A stretch of DNA of 64,000 bases from a virus (IMGVR_UViG_3300026549_000030:96001-160000), one strand, 5' to 3'. Positions 19,348 through 29,308 are shown, counted from the first letter of the stretch. Numbers and translations are program-made. The notes: a model not told the origin generated them from the sequence alone.

Positions 19348-21849
19348 ATGGAAAAAACTAAGATTAAGAAAATATCCCAAGAGGATATTGAAAAATTTAT
19401 CGACGGGCGTGACCCGCAAAAGCGAATTGTAAATCTCGAATACAATTACCGCGATGACTTCGTTACAGTAATCTATCGTAACGAGAACGATCAAAAATGC
19501 AAAACAAAGGAAAGTTTCTACCCTTTCTGTTGGGCGACATTGAAAGCGTGCCAACGTCTGTGTCACGGGGATAAGAATGAATTGGTTCGTATAATGAAAT
19601 TATACGGAATCGGCGTAAAGAAGCTTTCGCAAACAAATATCAAGGGAGAAGTTCGGCACGAATTCGATGACGGATACCTGTTTATGTTCTTCGCAAAGAA
19701 GCCAATGTCATACTCCCGCTTCCTTAATTTCTTTAAGGAATGCGACAATCCCGTTTATTCAAGGAATAAGGAAGACGAAGTTAATCGTCCAAAGTCAGAA
19801 TCGAAACAATATCTGTGCGTAACGCCTCAGGAACAGTTCCTCATTTCAACAGGAAAACGTTTCTTTAAGGGGTACGACGATTATGACCAGGTTCTTAAAA
19901 TGACGTTCGACTTGGAGACAACAGGACTTGATACTGAAAAAGATAAGATTAATCAGATTGGTATCAAGTTCAACCGTCCTTTCTTGAATCACCCCGAAGG
20001 ATTTGAGAAAATTTTTACTGTAACAGGAAACACAAAGGAAGAGAGGGAAGACAGCGAAAGGTTCGCCATTGACCAAATGTTCAGAATAATTTACACATTC
20101 AAGCCTGACATTATTACTGCGCATAATGGAGAGAATTTCGACTGGAATATGATTATCGGTGCTTGCAAGCGCCTCGGAATGCCAATTGAGCAATCTTCTG
20201 CAAGGTATTTTGGCGGAGATTATATCCATAAGGAGGAAAAGGAATCAATCTTGAAAATGGGCGGCGAGATGGAAAACTATCACGCCACAATCGTTCCTGG
20301 TGTTATCGTTACAGACTCCCTGCACGCTGTACGCCGTGCGCAGGCGCTTGATTCCAATATGTTAAAGGCAGACTTGAAGTACGTTACAGAGTACTCCAAG
20401 ATGAAAAAGCCTAACCGTGTATATGTTCCCGGAGATAAGATTGCAACCACATGGGCTGATATCATTAACGAATACGCATTCAATAATGAAAACGGAGATT
20501 GGTACCGTTATAATCCAGAACTTAATGATGAGGATAATGGAGAAATTTACGGCGGTAAAAAATCGTTCATTCCAGAACATGGATTCATTAGAGATGGCTA
20601 TGAACTCACAACAGGAAAATATATTGTGGAAAGATACCTCTTGGACGACTTGTGGGAATGCGACAGGGTTGAGTACAGGTACAACACTCCGAATTTCCTT
20701 GTGTGTAAAATGCTTCCCGTTCCGTATCGTCGCTGTACTACTATGGGTACTGCAGTACAGTGGAAGGCGCTTATGCTTGCTTGGAGTTATGAGCAAGGGC
20801 TCGCAATTCCTATGTTCGGTGAGCAAAAGACGTTCACGGGAGGTTTGTCTCGATTATTGAGGACAGGATTTGTTAAAAAAGTTGTTAAGCTTGACTATAA
20901 CTCACTTTATCCTTCCATTATTCTGACATGGGGAATTACCGATCCGACAGACCTTATGCTGTCAATGCTGCATTTCCTTGAACACGTTCTTACACAGCGC
21001 GAAAAATATAAGGGCTTAAAGAAAGCTGCGGGAAAAAAGAAGGAAAAGGCGGAAACCGAAGAAGAAAAACGCAAATACGCTGAGGAAGAATCATTTAACG
21101 ATAAGAAGCAGCTACCTCTTAAAATTTTCGGTAACTCGTTCTTTGGAAGTTACGGAGCGCCTAACGTTTTTCCGTTTGGTAGTCTGAAGTGTGCCGAGCA
21201 GACAACGTGCACAGGGCGCATGGCGTTACGACTTATGATTAGCCATTTCAAGAAGCTTGGATACGAGCCTATTGTGGGTGACTCCTTTACGGAAGACACA
21301 CCAGTGTTTATTAGATATATTAAAACTGGAATGATTGATATTGTTCCTATTTGTGAGCTTATTAGCGAAGAACATATTGAAACAGATGCGCTTGGTCGTG
21401 AATATGATTATTCTAAAAAGCCGTATCAAGTTCTTTGCCGTAGTGGATGGGTAAGCCCGTCGTACATTTACAGGCATAAAACCAATAAGGACATCTACGA
21501 AGTGACAGACGATGAAATGCGAGCTGAAGTTACAGAAGACCATTCACTTTTCGACACAGAAATGAATAAGATTAATCCTTCCGAAATTAACAGTAGTACA
21601 GAATTAGAGTATTACAGCGGAAACATTAGCAATCTAAAAGATAAAGAAGTACGTGATGAGTGGATTGGAGGCGCGGCAAAAAGGCTTGCTGATAACGATA
21701 TTGATAGGGTTCCCCTTTATGTACTGAATGGCACAAAATACAACGCGCAAATGTTCTATGAAGCTTTTATGGAATTTCAGAGGGATGATATTCAATATAG
21801 CAAGACTTGTCTCGCCGGGCTTCAATATCTCAAAAAAAGTATTTCATAA
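19348..21849 (+). CDS. polB: DNA polymerase B, N-terminal part fused to N-intein
   Basis: Exo motifs FDLETTG, HNGENFDW, YLLDD; pol motifs KLDYNSLYPSII and KIFGNSFFG; then IVGD|SFTEDTP. The ORF-track start is 19282. Confidence 0.93.
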   Translation: MEKTKIKKISQEDIEKFIDGRDPQKRIVNLEYNYRDDFVTVIYRNENDQKCKTKESFYPFCWATLKACQRLCHGDKNELVRIMKLYGIGVKKLSQTNIKGEVRHEFDDGYLFMFFAKKPMSYSRFLNFFKECDNPVYSRNKEDEVNRPKSESKQYLCVTPQEQFLISTGKRFFKGYDDYDQVLKMTFDLETTGLDTEKDKINQIGIKFNRPFLNHPEGFEKIFTVTGNTKEEREDSERFAIDQMFRIIYTFKPDIITAHNGENFDWNMIIGACKRLGMPIEQSSARYFGGDYIHKEEKESILKMGGEMENYHATIVPGVIVTDSLHAVRRAQALDSNMLKADLKYVTEYSKMKKPNRVYVPGDKIATTWADIINEYAFNNENGDWYRYNPELNDEDNGEIYGGKKSFIPEHGFIRDGYELTTGKYIVERYLLDDLWECDRVEYRYNTPNFLVCKMLPVPYRRCTTMGTAVQWKALMLAWSYEQGLAIPMFGEQKTFTGGLSRLLRTGFVKKVVKLDYNSLYPSIILTWGITDPTDLMLSMLHFLEHVLTQREKYKGLKKAAGKKKEKAETEEEKRKYAEEESFNDKKQLPLKIFGNSFFGSYGAPNVFPFGSLKCAEQTTCTGRMALRLMISHFKKLGYEPIVGDSFTEDTPVFIRYIKTGMIDIVPICELISEEHIETDALGREYDYSKKPYQVLCRSGWVSPSYIYRHKTNKDIYEVTDDEMRAEVTEDHSLFDTEMNKINPSEINSSTELEYYSGNISNLKDKEVRDEWIGGAAKRLADNDIDRVPLYVLNGTKYNAQMFYEAFMEFQRDDIQYSKTCLAGLQYLKKSIS
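21283..21846 (+). other. Split intein, N-terminal half (188 aa)
   Basis: Ser1 block A SFTEDTPV directly after GD of pol motif C; block B EVTEDHSLF. Confidence 0.85.
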
Positions 21850-21902
21850 TTCTTTCTTTTTAGATTTGTTTGTATATTTATTATTAGAAAGAATTATGAA
21901 AT

Positions 21903-22838
21903 ATGAGAAAACTAACAAAAGAAGAGGTAATTGAAAACATAAAAAAATTGTGCGGAGATAATTTTACGTTTTCATTAAAAGAATATGAAAACACCGGAAG
22001 TAAGGTTATTTTGACTTGCAATAAATGTGGCAAAACCTTCAAAAGAAAATACAATACATTGATGTATAATCAAACGTGCCCATATTGCAATGGTACGGCA
22101 AGGGTACAAGATACTGAATGGTTTATTAAAAAAGCCACAGAACTTCATAATGGTAAGTACGACTATTCAAAGTCAGAATATCGCGGAACAGATAAAAAAG
22201 TAATTGTTATCTGCCATGAAAAAGATGAATTCGGAGAAGAACATGGTGAATTTTTTGTCACCCCACACTCGCATATCGGTTCAATGAAAAGCGGCTGTCC
22301 GAAATGTTCCGGAAAATATAGGACAACAACAGAGGAATTTATTAAGAAAGCGAAGAAAATTCATGGAGATAAGTACGATTACTCAAAAACCGTTTACGTA
22401 AGGGCGCTATCTCCGGTCATAATAACCTGCCCGGAACACGGAGACTTCCTTCAGAAGCCAAACGGCCATTTATCAGGACAGGGCTGCCCTTATTGTAAGC
22501 AAAGTCATATTGAGCGAGAAATAAGGGAACTGCTAATCGAGAATAAAATTGAATTTAAACAAGAATATACGCCAGAATGGCTCAAACCGCTGCATATAGA
22601 TTTTTTCATACCGTCAAAAAATATCGCAATTGAATGTCAAGGGCTACAGCATTTTATTCCCGCAGCATATTACGGTGGAGAAGAAGGGCTTTCTATTAGG
22701 AGAGAAAGGGATGAAAGAAAAAGAAAGTTATGTAGAGAAAACGATATAACGTTATTATATTATGCAAATTACGATTATGATTTCCCTTATTATGTGATCA
22801 AAAATAAAAATGAACTTTTGAACTTTATAAAAAACTAA
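21903..22838 (+). CDS. Free-standing homing-type endonuclease (CxxC Zn-ribbon repeats + PD-(D/E)XK/Vsr-like domain) inside the split pol locus
   Basis: YDYSK...CPEHG...GCPYC repeats; IDFFIPSKNIAIECQGLQHF. Confidence 0.85.
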   Translation: MRKLTKEEVIENIKKLCGDNFTFSLKEYENTGSKVILTCNKCGKTFKRKYNTLMYNQTCPYCNGTARVQDTEWFIKKATELHNGKYDYSKSEYRGTDKKVIVICHEKDEFGEEHGEFFVTPHSHIGSMKSGCPKCSGKYRTTTEEFIKKAKKIHGDKYDYSKTVYVRALSPVIITCPEHGDFLQKPNGHLSGQGCPYCKQSHIEREIRELLIENKIEFKQEYTPEWLKPLHIDFFIPSKNIAIECQGLQHFIPAAYYGGEEGLSIRRERDERKRKLCRENDITLLYYANYDYDFPYYVIKNKNELLNFIKN

Positions 22839-22847
22839 TTATCTTTG
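22817..22847 (+). promoter_or_regulatory. Bacteroidetes primary-sigma promoter (-33 TTTG / -7 TAnnTTTG)
   Basis: TTTG(22817)-N19-TATCTTTG(22840) upstream of the C-terminal pol piece. Confidence 0.65.
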
Positions 22848-22869
22848 AAATATATTAAATTTTAAGAAC

Positions 22870-22971
22870 ATGATTAATGTAAAAAACAAAGGAAAAACGT
22901 CCGCGTATGTTTATGACATCTCTCTTGATGGAACGGTAGTCAACGCACTGGGTATGAACGTCATGAGTAAT
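22870..22971 (+). other. Split intein, C-terminal half
   Basis: Block F VYDI, terminal Asn, Thr+1. Confidence 0.85.
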
Positions 22972-23201
22972 ACAGATGGCTTCAATTTTGCATTACCAGA
23001 CGATTCTGTTTACAGATATACTAAGGAGCATCCTTACGTGAGTACGGGACTATCACGAGAAACAAAAGAAGGCACTGAATATACCGGTTTTAAAGCAGAT
23101 GTAGCAGAATTTAATGATATCTATATGTGCGACAAGCACTACTCCACAGATGCAGTAAATAAAATGGGGCTTGGTATCGATGAAATTGTCGACGCAACCA
23201 T
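22870..23201 (+). CDS. polB: C-intein (34 aa) + DNA polymerase B C-terminal part, exon 1
   Basis: YVYDISL...VMSN|TDG restores motif C (GD-TDG). The unspliced ORF ends at 23220, inside the intron. Confidence 0.88.
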
Positions 23202-23529
23202 TAACAAATTGGTGGCATAACACGAAAACGTGTTAATGAAAATTCGGTGAATTGCGGGAAATCCTATAAAACAATAAAGATACTACTCACAATTGAGAAG
23301 AATGGGTAACGCCATTTTAATAGTAACAACTCTTTATTGGGGACAATCAACTAAACGCAGCCAAGCTTGGGCTTAACAACCCTTGAAGGTTCAGAGACTA
23401 ACGGTTGAAACTCTTTATTGAGAATATAATACCGACACGAGTGCCGAACATCTTAATAAGATGATGATATAGTCCGACACTTTGGGTAACCAAAGAATTA
23501 ATCTTAAATGATTGATTATTAACAGTTTG
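23202..23529 (+). ncRNA. Group I self-splicing intron (no ORF, likely subgroup IA)
   Basis: P AATTGCGGGAA (23250), Q ...CGCAGCC, R GTTCAGAGACTA (23389), S GATATAGTCC (23466); P3 TTCGGT/GCCGAA. P1 is CCAU/GUGG with U.G at the splice site, P10 is AAAUUG/CAAUUU, and the terminal G is 23529. Splicing restores the frame (DATINFSRKNY). Confidence 0.92.
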
Positions 23530-24796
23530 CAATTTTAGCCGCAAAAACTACGCAGACTACTTTCCTGAGAATCCTTATCCTGAGGATGTTAAACTTGTGG
23601 GTAACACTATCAAGTCAAAGAAAATGCCTGAATATATTTCCAAATTCCTTGCAATTGGAATTAGGCTGCTCTTGCAGGGTAAGGGACAGGAGTTCCTTGA
23701 GGAATACTACAACTACGTGGAGAAAATCTACAATTATCAGATACCGCTCAGGGATATCGCAACCAAGGGTAAGATTAAGAAAACACTTGCCGAGTATAAG
23801 AAGGACGTTCAAACACTTACAAAGGCGGGGCGCCCGAAATCCCGACAGGCTTGGTACGAACTTGCAATTGCGAACGGGCTCAGCGTAGGTAACGGTGATA
23901 CGATTTATTATATCAATACAGGTAAGTCAAAATCTCACGCTGACGTTAAAAAAACGAAGAAATTCTATTCTACGGATATGTTCGGACAGACAATCGACAT
24001 AACGAAGAAAATTGAAAGCGCTTATAATAAGTGGAAAAAATCTCCCGAAGCAATAAAGAGTGTAGGCGGAACAAATCTCGCTTCCACATACGCCATTGAC
24101 GATTACGCAAGGAAATACTACAATCCTGTCGATATCAAAGACGAGATTATTCTGAACTGCGCCCTCGTTCCGAGAGATATTCTTGATAAGGAAGAGGACA
24201 CGTTCTGCGCGGACGTAAGCGAGGAACTCGAATATAACGTTCCCAAGTACGTTGATATGTTCAACAAGCGCATTACCCCGCTCCTCGTTTGCTTCAGCAA
24301 GGAAATCCGTTCTGACATTCTTATTGACAATCCGAAGAACCGTCCATACTTCACAAACGAGCAATGCGAACTCGTGTCAGGTGAACCGAATAAACCAGGC
24401 GATCAGGACACATACGAGCAGCTTATGACTATGGAAGATAAGGAAATCAAGTTCTGGAAAAAGTATAACCTTGTTCCTCCATTTGTTGAGGAGTGCGGAA
24501 TGGGAACTTGGGAAGAGATTCTCACTGATTATGATAGGAGAATGGAAGAGGAAGAGAAGAGTGGACTCGCAGCGGAGAAGGCACTATACGGACAACTTCT
24601 CGATCAGATGACGGCAGAGGAAATAGACACCGTTATAGAGGAGGGTACGCTTCCTGCGGCATTCTCAAAAATTGTTGAGGTTGACCCTGAGACAATGGAC
24701 TTAATATCAAAGGCTTACAATCGCGGCAAAATCGGAAATCTACGAGATTTCATTGATGCGAGGACAGCAATAAGTCAGGTTGAAAATATGGATTAA
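23530..24796 (+). CDS. polB: DNA polymerase B C-terminal part, exon 2
   Basis: RKNYA motif, KLVGNTIKSK, GDTIYYI, YNVPKY; in frame with exon 1 after splicing (1599 nt joined). Confidence 0.88.
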
Positions 24797-24800
24797 GAAA

Positions 24801-24831
24801 AAAAAGTCGTAGGAGAACCCTGCGGCTTTTT
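24801..24831. terminator. Bidirectional terminator
   Basis: AAAAAGTCGTAGG...CCTGCGGCTTTTT between convergent genes. Confidence 0.6.
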
Positions 24832-24833
24832 CA

Positions 24834-25289
24834 TTAAAATATTGTTGTTTGTTCATTTACAATCTTCTTAATATGAAGTTTTCCATTCTTAACTTCTATC
24901 TCGTCACTCTTGAAATTTGCAATTCCTGTCATTTCATTAAGGAATGTTGTTCCATTAAATTGTACGTCCTTGACTTTACCGTCTCCGCCTCCGCCACCTT
25001 CTCCGATAAGGGCAAGCCCCCAAACTTCACTCGATTCTTCTGTGGATGGTGTTTTTACGACAATTTTATATACTTGAACGGAAGTTCCTGATTCAGTATC
25101 CTCAACTACGCTTATTATTTGCCCAAGATATGCTACCGTTGGAACAAGTTCTTCTGTTTCTTCTTCTATATTACCTCCGCGAGCATATTTATCCGCTGCG
25201 TCTAAAGAATAAAAGATACTCGATGTATCTAACGGAAATGCATCGAGCCTCTTAAATGGTTTTCTCAGGTTTTGTGGTTTTATTGCCAT
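24834..25289 (-). CDS. Putative tail-fibre-associated protein
   Basis: FKRLDAFPLD...AYLGQIISVV followed by a GGGGG linker. Confidence 0.5.
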   Translation of the reverse strand: MAIKPQNLRKPFKRLDAFPLDTSSIFYSLDAADKYARGGNIEEETEELVPTVAYLGQIISVVEDTESGTSVQVYKIVVKTPSTEESSEVWGLALIGEGGGGGDGKVKDVQFNGTTFLNEMTGIANFKSDEIEVKNGKLHIKKIVNEQTTIF

Positions 25290-26743
25290 TATACTATTCT
25301 TACATAAAATTCTTCATTAGAGCTTGCAGAAGATTCGATAGTTTTATAAGCATATGCGTTATACTTATTATTCAATGAATCAGGTTCTGAAACAAGACAA
25401 ATTCCTTTATTTTCAAATAAATCTTGTATATATGGTTCGCCACCTTCATTAGTTTTCACACTAATTAAATCGCGACCAAATGGGAGCAATATAATACAAT
25501 TCAGACTACCCTCCTCAATATCTATTGTGAAGCCGGAAGATAACGCCAACGCTGTTTCAGTTTCATGAAAATCGCTAATGCGTCTAACCCTTCTGTCATC
25601 ATCAATATAATAGCTCAGTCTTTTATCTGTGCTTATATAATAAACTTTTCTCATATCTTCCGAGCAAAGTGCCTTCACAAAATCGGTGAATGTGGTACCG
25701 TCTTTAATTATGTTATCAGGCCAAATTCCTGAAATAAATGGATAAAGCGGGCTGTTTTCCGAAATTACGACGTCTTCGGTTAATGTAACGTCCGTAACCT
25801 TTTCTTCGAGCTCATTGATACTATCCGTGATAGCACTTATCTCAGAGCTTATTTCGCTTAAAGATTCTGTAAACGCGCTATCAAGCTCGGCAATATCTTC
25901 AGTTAATCCGCTTTCGGCGTCTTTTGCGCGTTCAGTTTCAGCCTCTATTTTGCTTTGAAGCTCGGACTCTTTCTCTTCCGCTCTTGCTTTCTCCGCGTTT
26001 TCAGCAGCTTCTGCACGCTCTTTCTCGCTGTTAATTGCCTCCTGTAATTCTTGTTCCTTACCATTGGCTCTTTCAATTTCAGCGTCCAATGCTTCACCGA
26101 GCGCTTCCCTGCTACCAATTTCTTCGGTTATCCTTTGGCTGAGATTCTCATCCGCTTGCTGCCTTTCTTGCGCCTCTGCATTCAGCGCCTGTCCAAATGC
26201 TTCTGCAAGAGCTCTCTCAGATTCAGTTGCCCTATGGGTTTCTTCTTCAATTTTTTCGTTAAGATTACTGTCTGCCTCCTGTCTTTCTTCCTTCTCTTTA
26301 TCAACTGCCTCTTTGATTTCAGCATCTATCCCCTCAACAAATTCTTTTGCAATCTTTAATGGGTTATTCTCTGAGCCGTCTCCTTCCAATGTGCAATCTG
26401 TGTGAATATCAGCATAAGTGAAAAATCCTGTTATTGCACTTTGCTCCACGCCATTTACAAAGAGATGAAGCGTTCCGTCGGAAGGATCATAATATGATTC
26501 ATCCAAGTTGAAATCAGTTAATCCTGAAAGCAACTCGGCGAGCCCTTCAATTTCTATTTTATCTCCGTTAAGCCTGTAAAGGGTAATAACCCCGTTTTCC
26601 GGATTTAAGTCGCCTGATTTTATATCATATCCTCTAAGGAAATGGAAATTTGCATCAATCTCAGGCCCGGTAAGTCCACAACCCTTGGTTGTATCACCAG
26701 GGTATATATCCTTCGAAAGCTTGTAATATGTTACTCCTGACAT
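25289..26743 (-). CDS. Fibre-like structural protein with coiled-coil E-x-x-R-A repeats
   Basis: N-terminal LTGPEIDANF anchor-like motif, TLEGDGSENNPL, repeated EKERAEAAE-type units. Confidence 0.6.
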   Translation of the reverse strand: MSGVTYYKLSKDIYPGDTTKGCGLTGPEIDANFHFLRGYDIKSGDLNPENGVITLYRLNGDKIEIEGLAELLSGLTDFNLDESYYDPSDGTLHLFVNGVEQSAITGFFTYADIHTDCTLEGDGSENNPLKIAKEFVEGIDAEIKEAVDKEKEERQEADSNLNEKIEEETHRATESERALAEAFGQALNAEAQERQQADENLSQRITEEIGSREALGEALDAEIERANGKEQELQEAINSEKERAEAAENAEKARAEEKESELQSKIEAETERAKDAESGLTEDIAELDSAFTESLSEISSEISAITDSINELEEKVTDVTLTEDVVISENSPLYPFISGIWPDNIIKDGTTFTDFVKALCSEDMRKVYYISTDKRLSYYIDDDRRVRRISDFHETETALALSSGFTIDIEEGSLNCIILLPFGRDLISVKTNEGGEPYIQDLFENKGICLVSEPDSLNNKYNAYAYKTIESSASSNEEFYVRIV

Positions 26744-26755
26744 ATCTAATATTTT

Positions 26756-28576
26756 CTAATAAATAGTTTTAACGAGCCTATTCTTCTCGAAAAGATAGTT
26801 GCTCTTAATCTCGTTATATTCAAGTGGGCACGTATAAAATTTGAATGACTCGATATCGCCAACGAATGTTCCCGCAAAATTCTGTTCGATTGGAAGAATT
26901 TTATCGAAAGCGCGGTTGTAGTCAACCCATACACTATCGCAAAGCCCTTGTGTCCCGCCGCCAACGGAAATATTGAAAGGAACGCCCTCCTGCTTGCTGT
27001 AAACGTCGTCCAGTTCCCTGAAATTAAATTCAGGCATTTCCTTGGAAACATATTTCAGATATCCGTCAATATAGATACTGATTCTCATTTTCCTTTCAGT
27101 GAACGGAATTCCGCAATCATCAACTCCGCCCCTGACAATCCAGAACAGAACGTTTACCGTGTGCCATTCATTACTTGACACAAGCCCTGAGTATGTTGAA
27201 TCTTCCATAACTGAGAATCCCGTTTCAGAATCACAATCCTTTATTAGATACCTGAATCCGATACTTCCGTCCTCGTTCCATTTAAGTGCGAACGCATTAC
27301 CCTTGATAGACTTGATAAAGTCATATTCTTTCTTTGTTGCTGAATAGTAACTGTCAAGTGTATCTACGGTATATCCGCTCTTCGTTCTGTTCATAATAAG
27401 GAAAAGGTTTCCCGTGTGGAAATCCTCAGTCGTTCCCGTCAATATAATTTCAGTATCCTCGTCCCAATTAGCTGTTGTAAATCCGTATTTTGTTCTGTTG
27501 AATGTAAGGAACTTATTGTCTGTCTTTATCTCGTAGTAGCCCGTTTCCTCGACAGGGCGTCCGTCTGAGGTGTAGAACGTCATTCCTGAGAGGGTAATGT
27601 CCGAATCATAGTACCCATCGTCGCCCGTCCAATATGTTGAGCAATCCTGTACTTCCTCTCCCTCGTCAGGTGTATCTCCGCTCGGTTTCTTTCCTCCGCA
27701 GCCGCACTTCCCGTACCAATCCGTTCCTTTGTTCGTAAGGAATCCGTAAAGAAGTAATGCGCGTCCCTTGTTGAAATCCGTATCAATTGTTTCCGTGCAT
27801 TTCTTATTCACTTCCTTTGCCTCCTCAAAACTATCGGCAAAATATTGACAGTCAGTCGGCGTTCCGCTATTGTTTCTCTCGCGTGTCTTATATGAAGTGA
27901 AATCTGCATTGTAAATTTGAGCAAATTTATTCTCAGCACGCGTACCCATATAGAAGAATATTCCCTTGTTCTCAGGGTAAATCATATTCAGTGTATCCTC
28001 TTCCTGTTCATAATCCCTCGGACGAAGAACGAATTCAGCGTTCCACCCAAGTTCAATATATTGAGGAAGTACCTGATAATCATATCCGAACAATTTATAG
28101 AAGCCTTGGAAGAATCCACCTTTCAATTCATAGTATCCTTCCTCGTTGTATGACATAGGATAACTGTAAAGTCCCGTATTTCCTGTTACAGCCGTAAGCC
28201 TTAGAGAAGTATCAATCGGAAGTTCAGGTGCTGACTTTGTTGTGAAAATATCGTAGAATTCCTTATTCGTAATCCTATCCCAACCGCCGTAGTAGATATA
28301 CCCGTTATCAATTCCCGTATATCCAATATTCTTCAATGCGATACCACCGTTAACTGATTTCTCCCAAGTATATTGGGGGAGAGAACGTACACGGTTTATT
28401 GCCTCTATGCAATTTTTATTTGAGAAGTCTATATATGCAGACAAACATCTTTCGGTTAATGTAGCGCTTGCGGAAGCAGAAGGAGTATAGTTCTTTGAAA
28501 GAACAAAATCCAAGTTATGAACCTCCGAAGGCACTATTTTAAGCCCCCAATGTTTGTATTTATTTAAAACTGTCAT
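26756..28576 (-). CDS. Putative structural protein with LamG/concanavalin-like domain
   Basis: WHTV...IYIDGYL...ISVGGG...FVGDIESFKFY. Confidence 0.55.
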   Translation of the reverse strand: MTVLNKYKHWGLKIVPSEVHNLDFVLSKNYTPSASASATLTERCLSAYIDFSNKNCIEAINRVRSLPQYTWEKSVNGGIALKNIGYTGIDNGYIYYGGWDRITNKEFYDIFTTKSAPELPIDTSLRLTAVTGNTGLYSYPMSYNEEGYYELKGGFFQGFYKLFGYDYQVLPQYIELGWNAEFVLRPRDYEQEEDTLNMIYPENKGIFFYMGTRAENKFAQIYNADFTSYKTRERNNSGTPTDCQYFADSFEEAKEVNKKCTETIDTDFNKGRALLLYGFLTNKGTDWYGKCGCGGKKPSGDTPDEGEEVQDCSTYWTGDDGYYDSDITLSGMTFYTSDGRPVEETGYYEIKTDNKFLTFNRTKYGFTTANWDEDTEIILTGTTEDFHTGNLFLIMNRTKSGYTVDTLDSYYSATKKEYDFIKSIKGNAFALKWNEDGSIGFRYLIKDCDSETGFSVMEDSTYSGLVSSNEWHTVNVLFWIVRGGVDDCGIPFTERKMRISIYIDGYLKYVSKEMPEFNFRELDDVYSKQEGVPFNISVGGGTQGLCDSVWVDYNRAFDKILPIEQNFAGTFVGDIESFKFYTCPLEYNEIKSNYLFEKNRLVKTIY

Positions 28577-28600
28577 GCCCGAATAATTGAAATAATTTCC

Positions 28601-28620
28601 TCTATAAATATATTTATAGA
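28601..28620. promoter_or_regulatory. Perfect 20-bp palindrome forming back-to-back TATTTAT late promoters
   Basis: TCTATAAATATATTTATAGA between divergent genes. Confidence 0.7.
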
Positions 28621-28638
28621 AAACAAATTACGTTCAAA

Positions 28639-29268
28639 ATGAGAAAAGTTACCTTCACGGAAGAACAAATGCGTAGAATACTTGGAGAAGCCGCCGACGA
28701 CTTTATCCTAAATCTTGGCGATTCAGGAGAAATTCCCGGCAATGCTTATGGCACCGAAGTATTCACGAACAATATCGATCCTGATGCAAACGACGACGTT
28801 ACAACTGCTGATAACTTCTCAAGAAAGAGGAGTAGGACTAACAGGCTGTTCGCACGCACAAGGACATATGAAAGTGTTAATGAATCTACTTTCGACGACA
28901 ATAGAGGATTAAATTTCGGAAAAAACGAGAAGGATGCTATCGTTTCACAAAGCGCAAGCGATAACGCAGGTAAAATGCTGAAAAACATATCAAAGGATAT
29001 CAATAATGGCGGAACCAGAAACAACACGAACCAAGTGAGGCTCAGCAGGCTGCAGGCACAGAAGAAATCAGACCCTGTTGCCTATGCAAAGAATGGCGGT
29101 GACAACACAGTCAAGGCGTTGAAGAATGCAACAAGAAAGGTGAGCTCGACAAATACCGCAGTAAAAACGGCTTTCGACAACTCTCCAATCAACCAAACTC
29201 CCGACGCAAATAAGGGAGCAGGAAAGGGCCACCACGAAAATAATGAAGCTTCAATATATTATTATTGA
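28639..29268 (+). CDS. Hypothetical protein with N-terminal leader
   Basis: MRKVTFTEEQMRRILGE; internal VNES. Confidence 0.75.
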   Translation: MRKVTFTEEQMRRILGEAADDFILNLGDSGEIPGNAYGTEVFTNNIDPDANDDVTTADNFSRKRSRTNRLFARTRTYESVNESTFDDNRGLNFGKNEKDAIVSQSASDNAGKMLKNISKDINNGGTRNNTNQVRLSRLQAQKKSDPVAYAKNGGDNTVKALKNATRKVSSTNTAVKTAFDNSPINQTPDANKGAGKGHHENNEASIYYY

Positions 29269-29308
29269 TTTTTTAAAAAGAATAACTAAAATTAAAAACA
29301 GATAAACT

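Noticed and set aside
23220-23597. Frameshifted or pseudogenised polymerase
   Set aside because: The gap is fully explained by a group I intron whose removal restores frame and motif.
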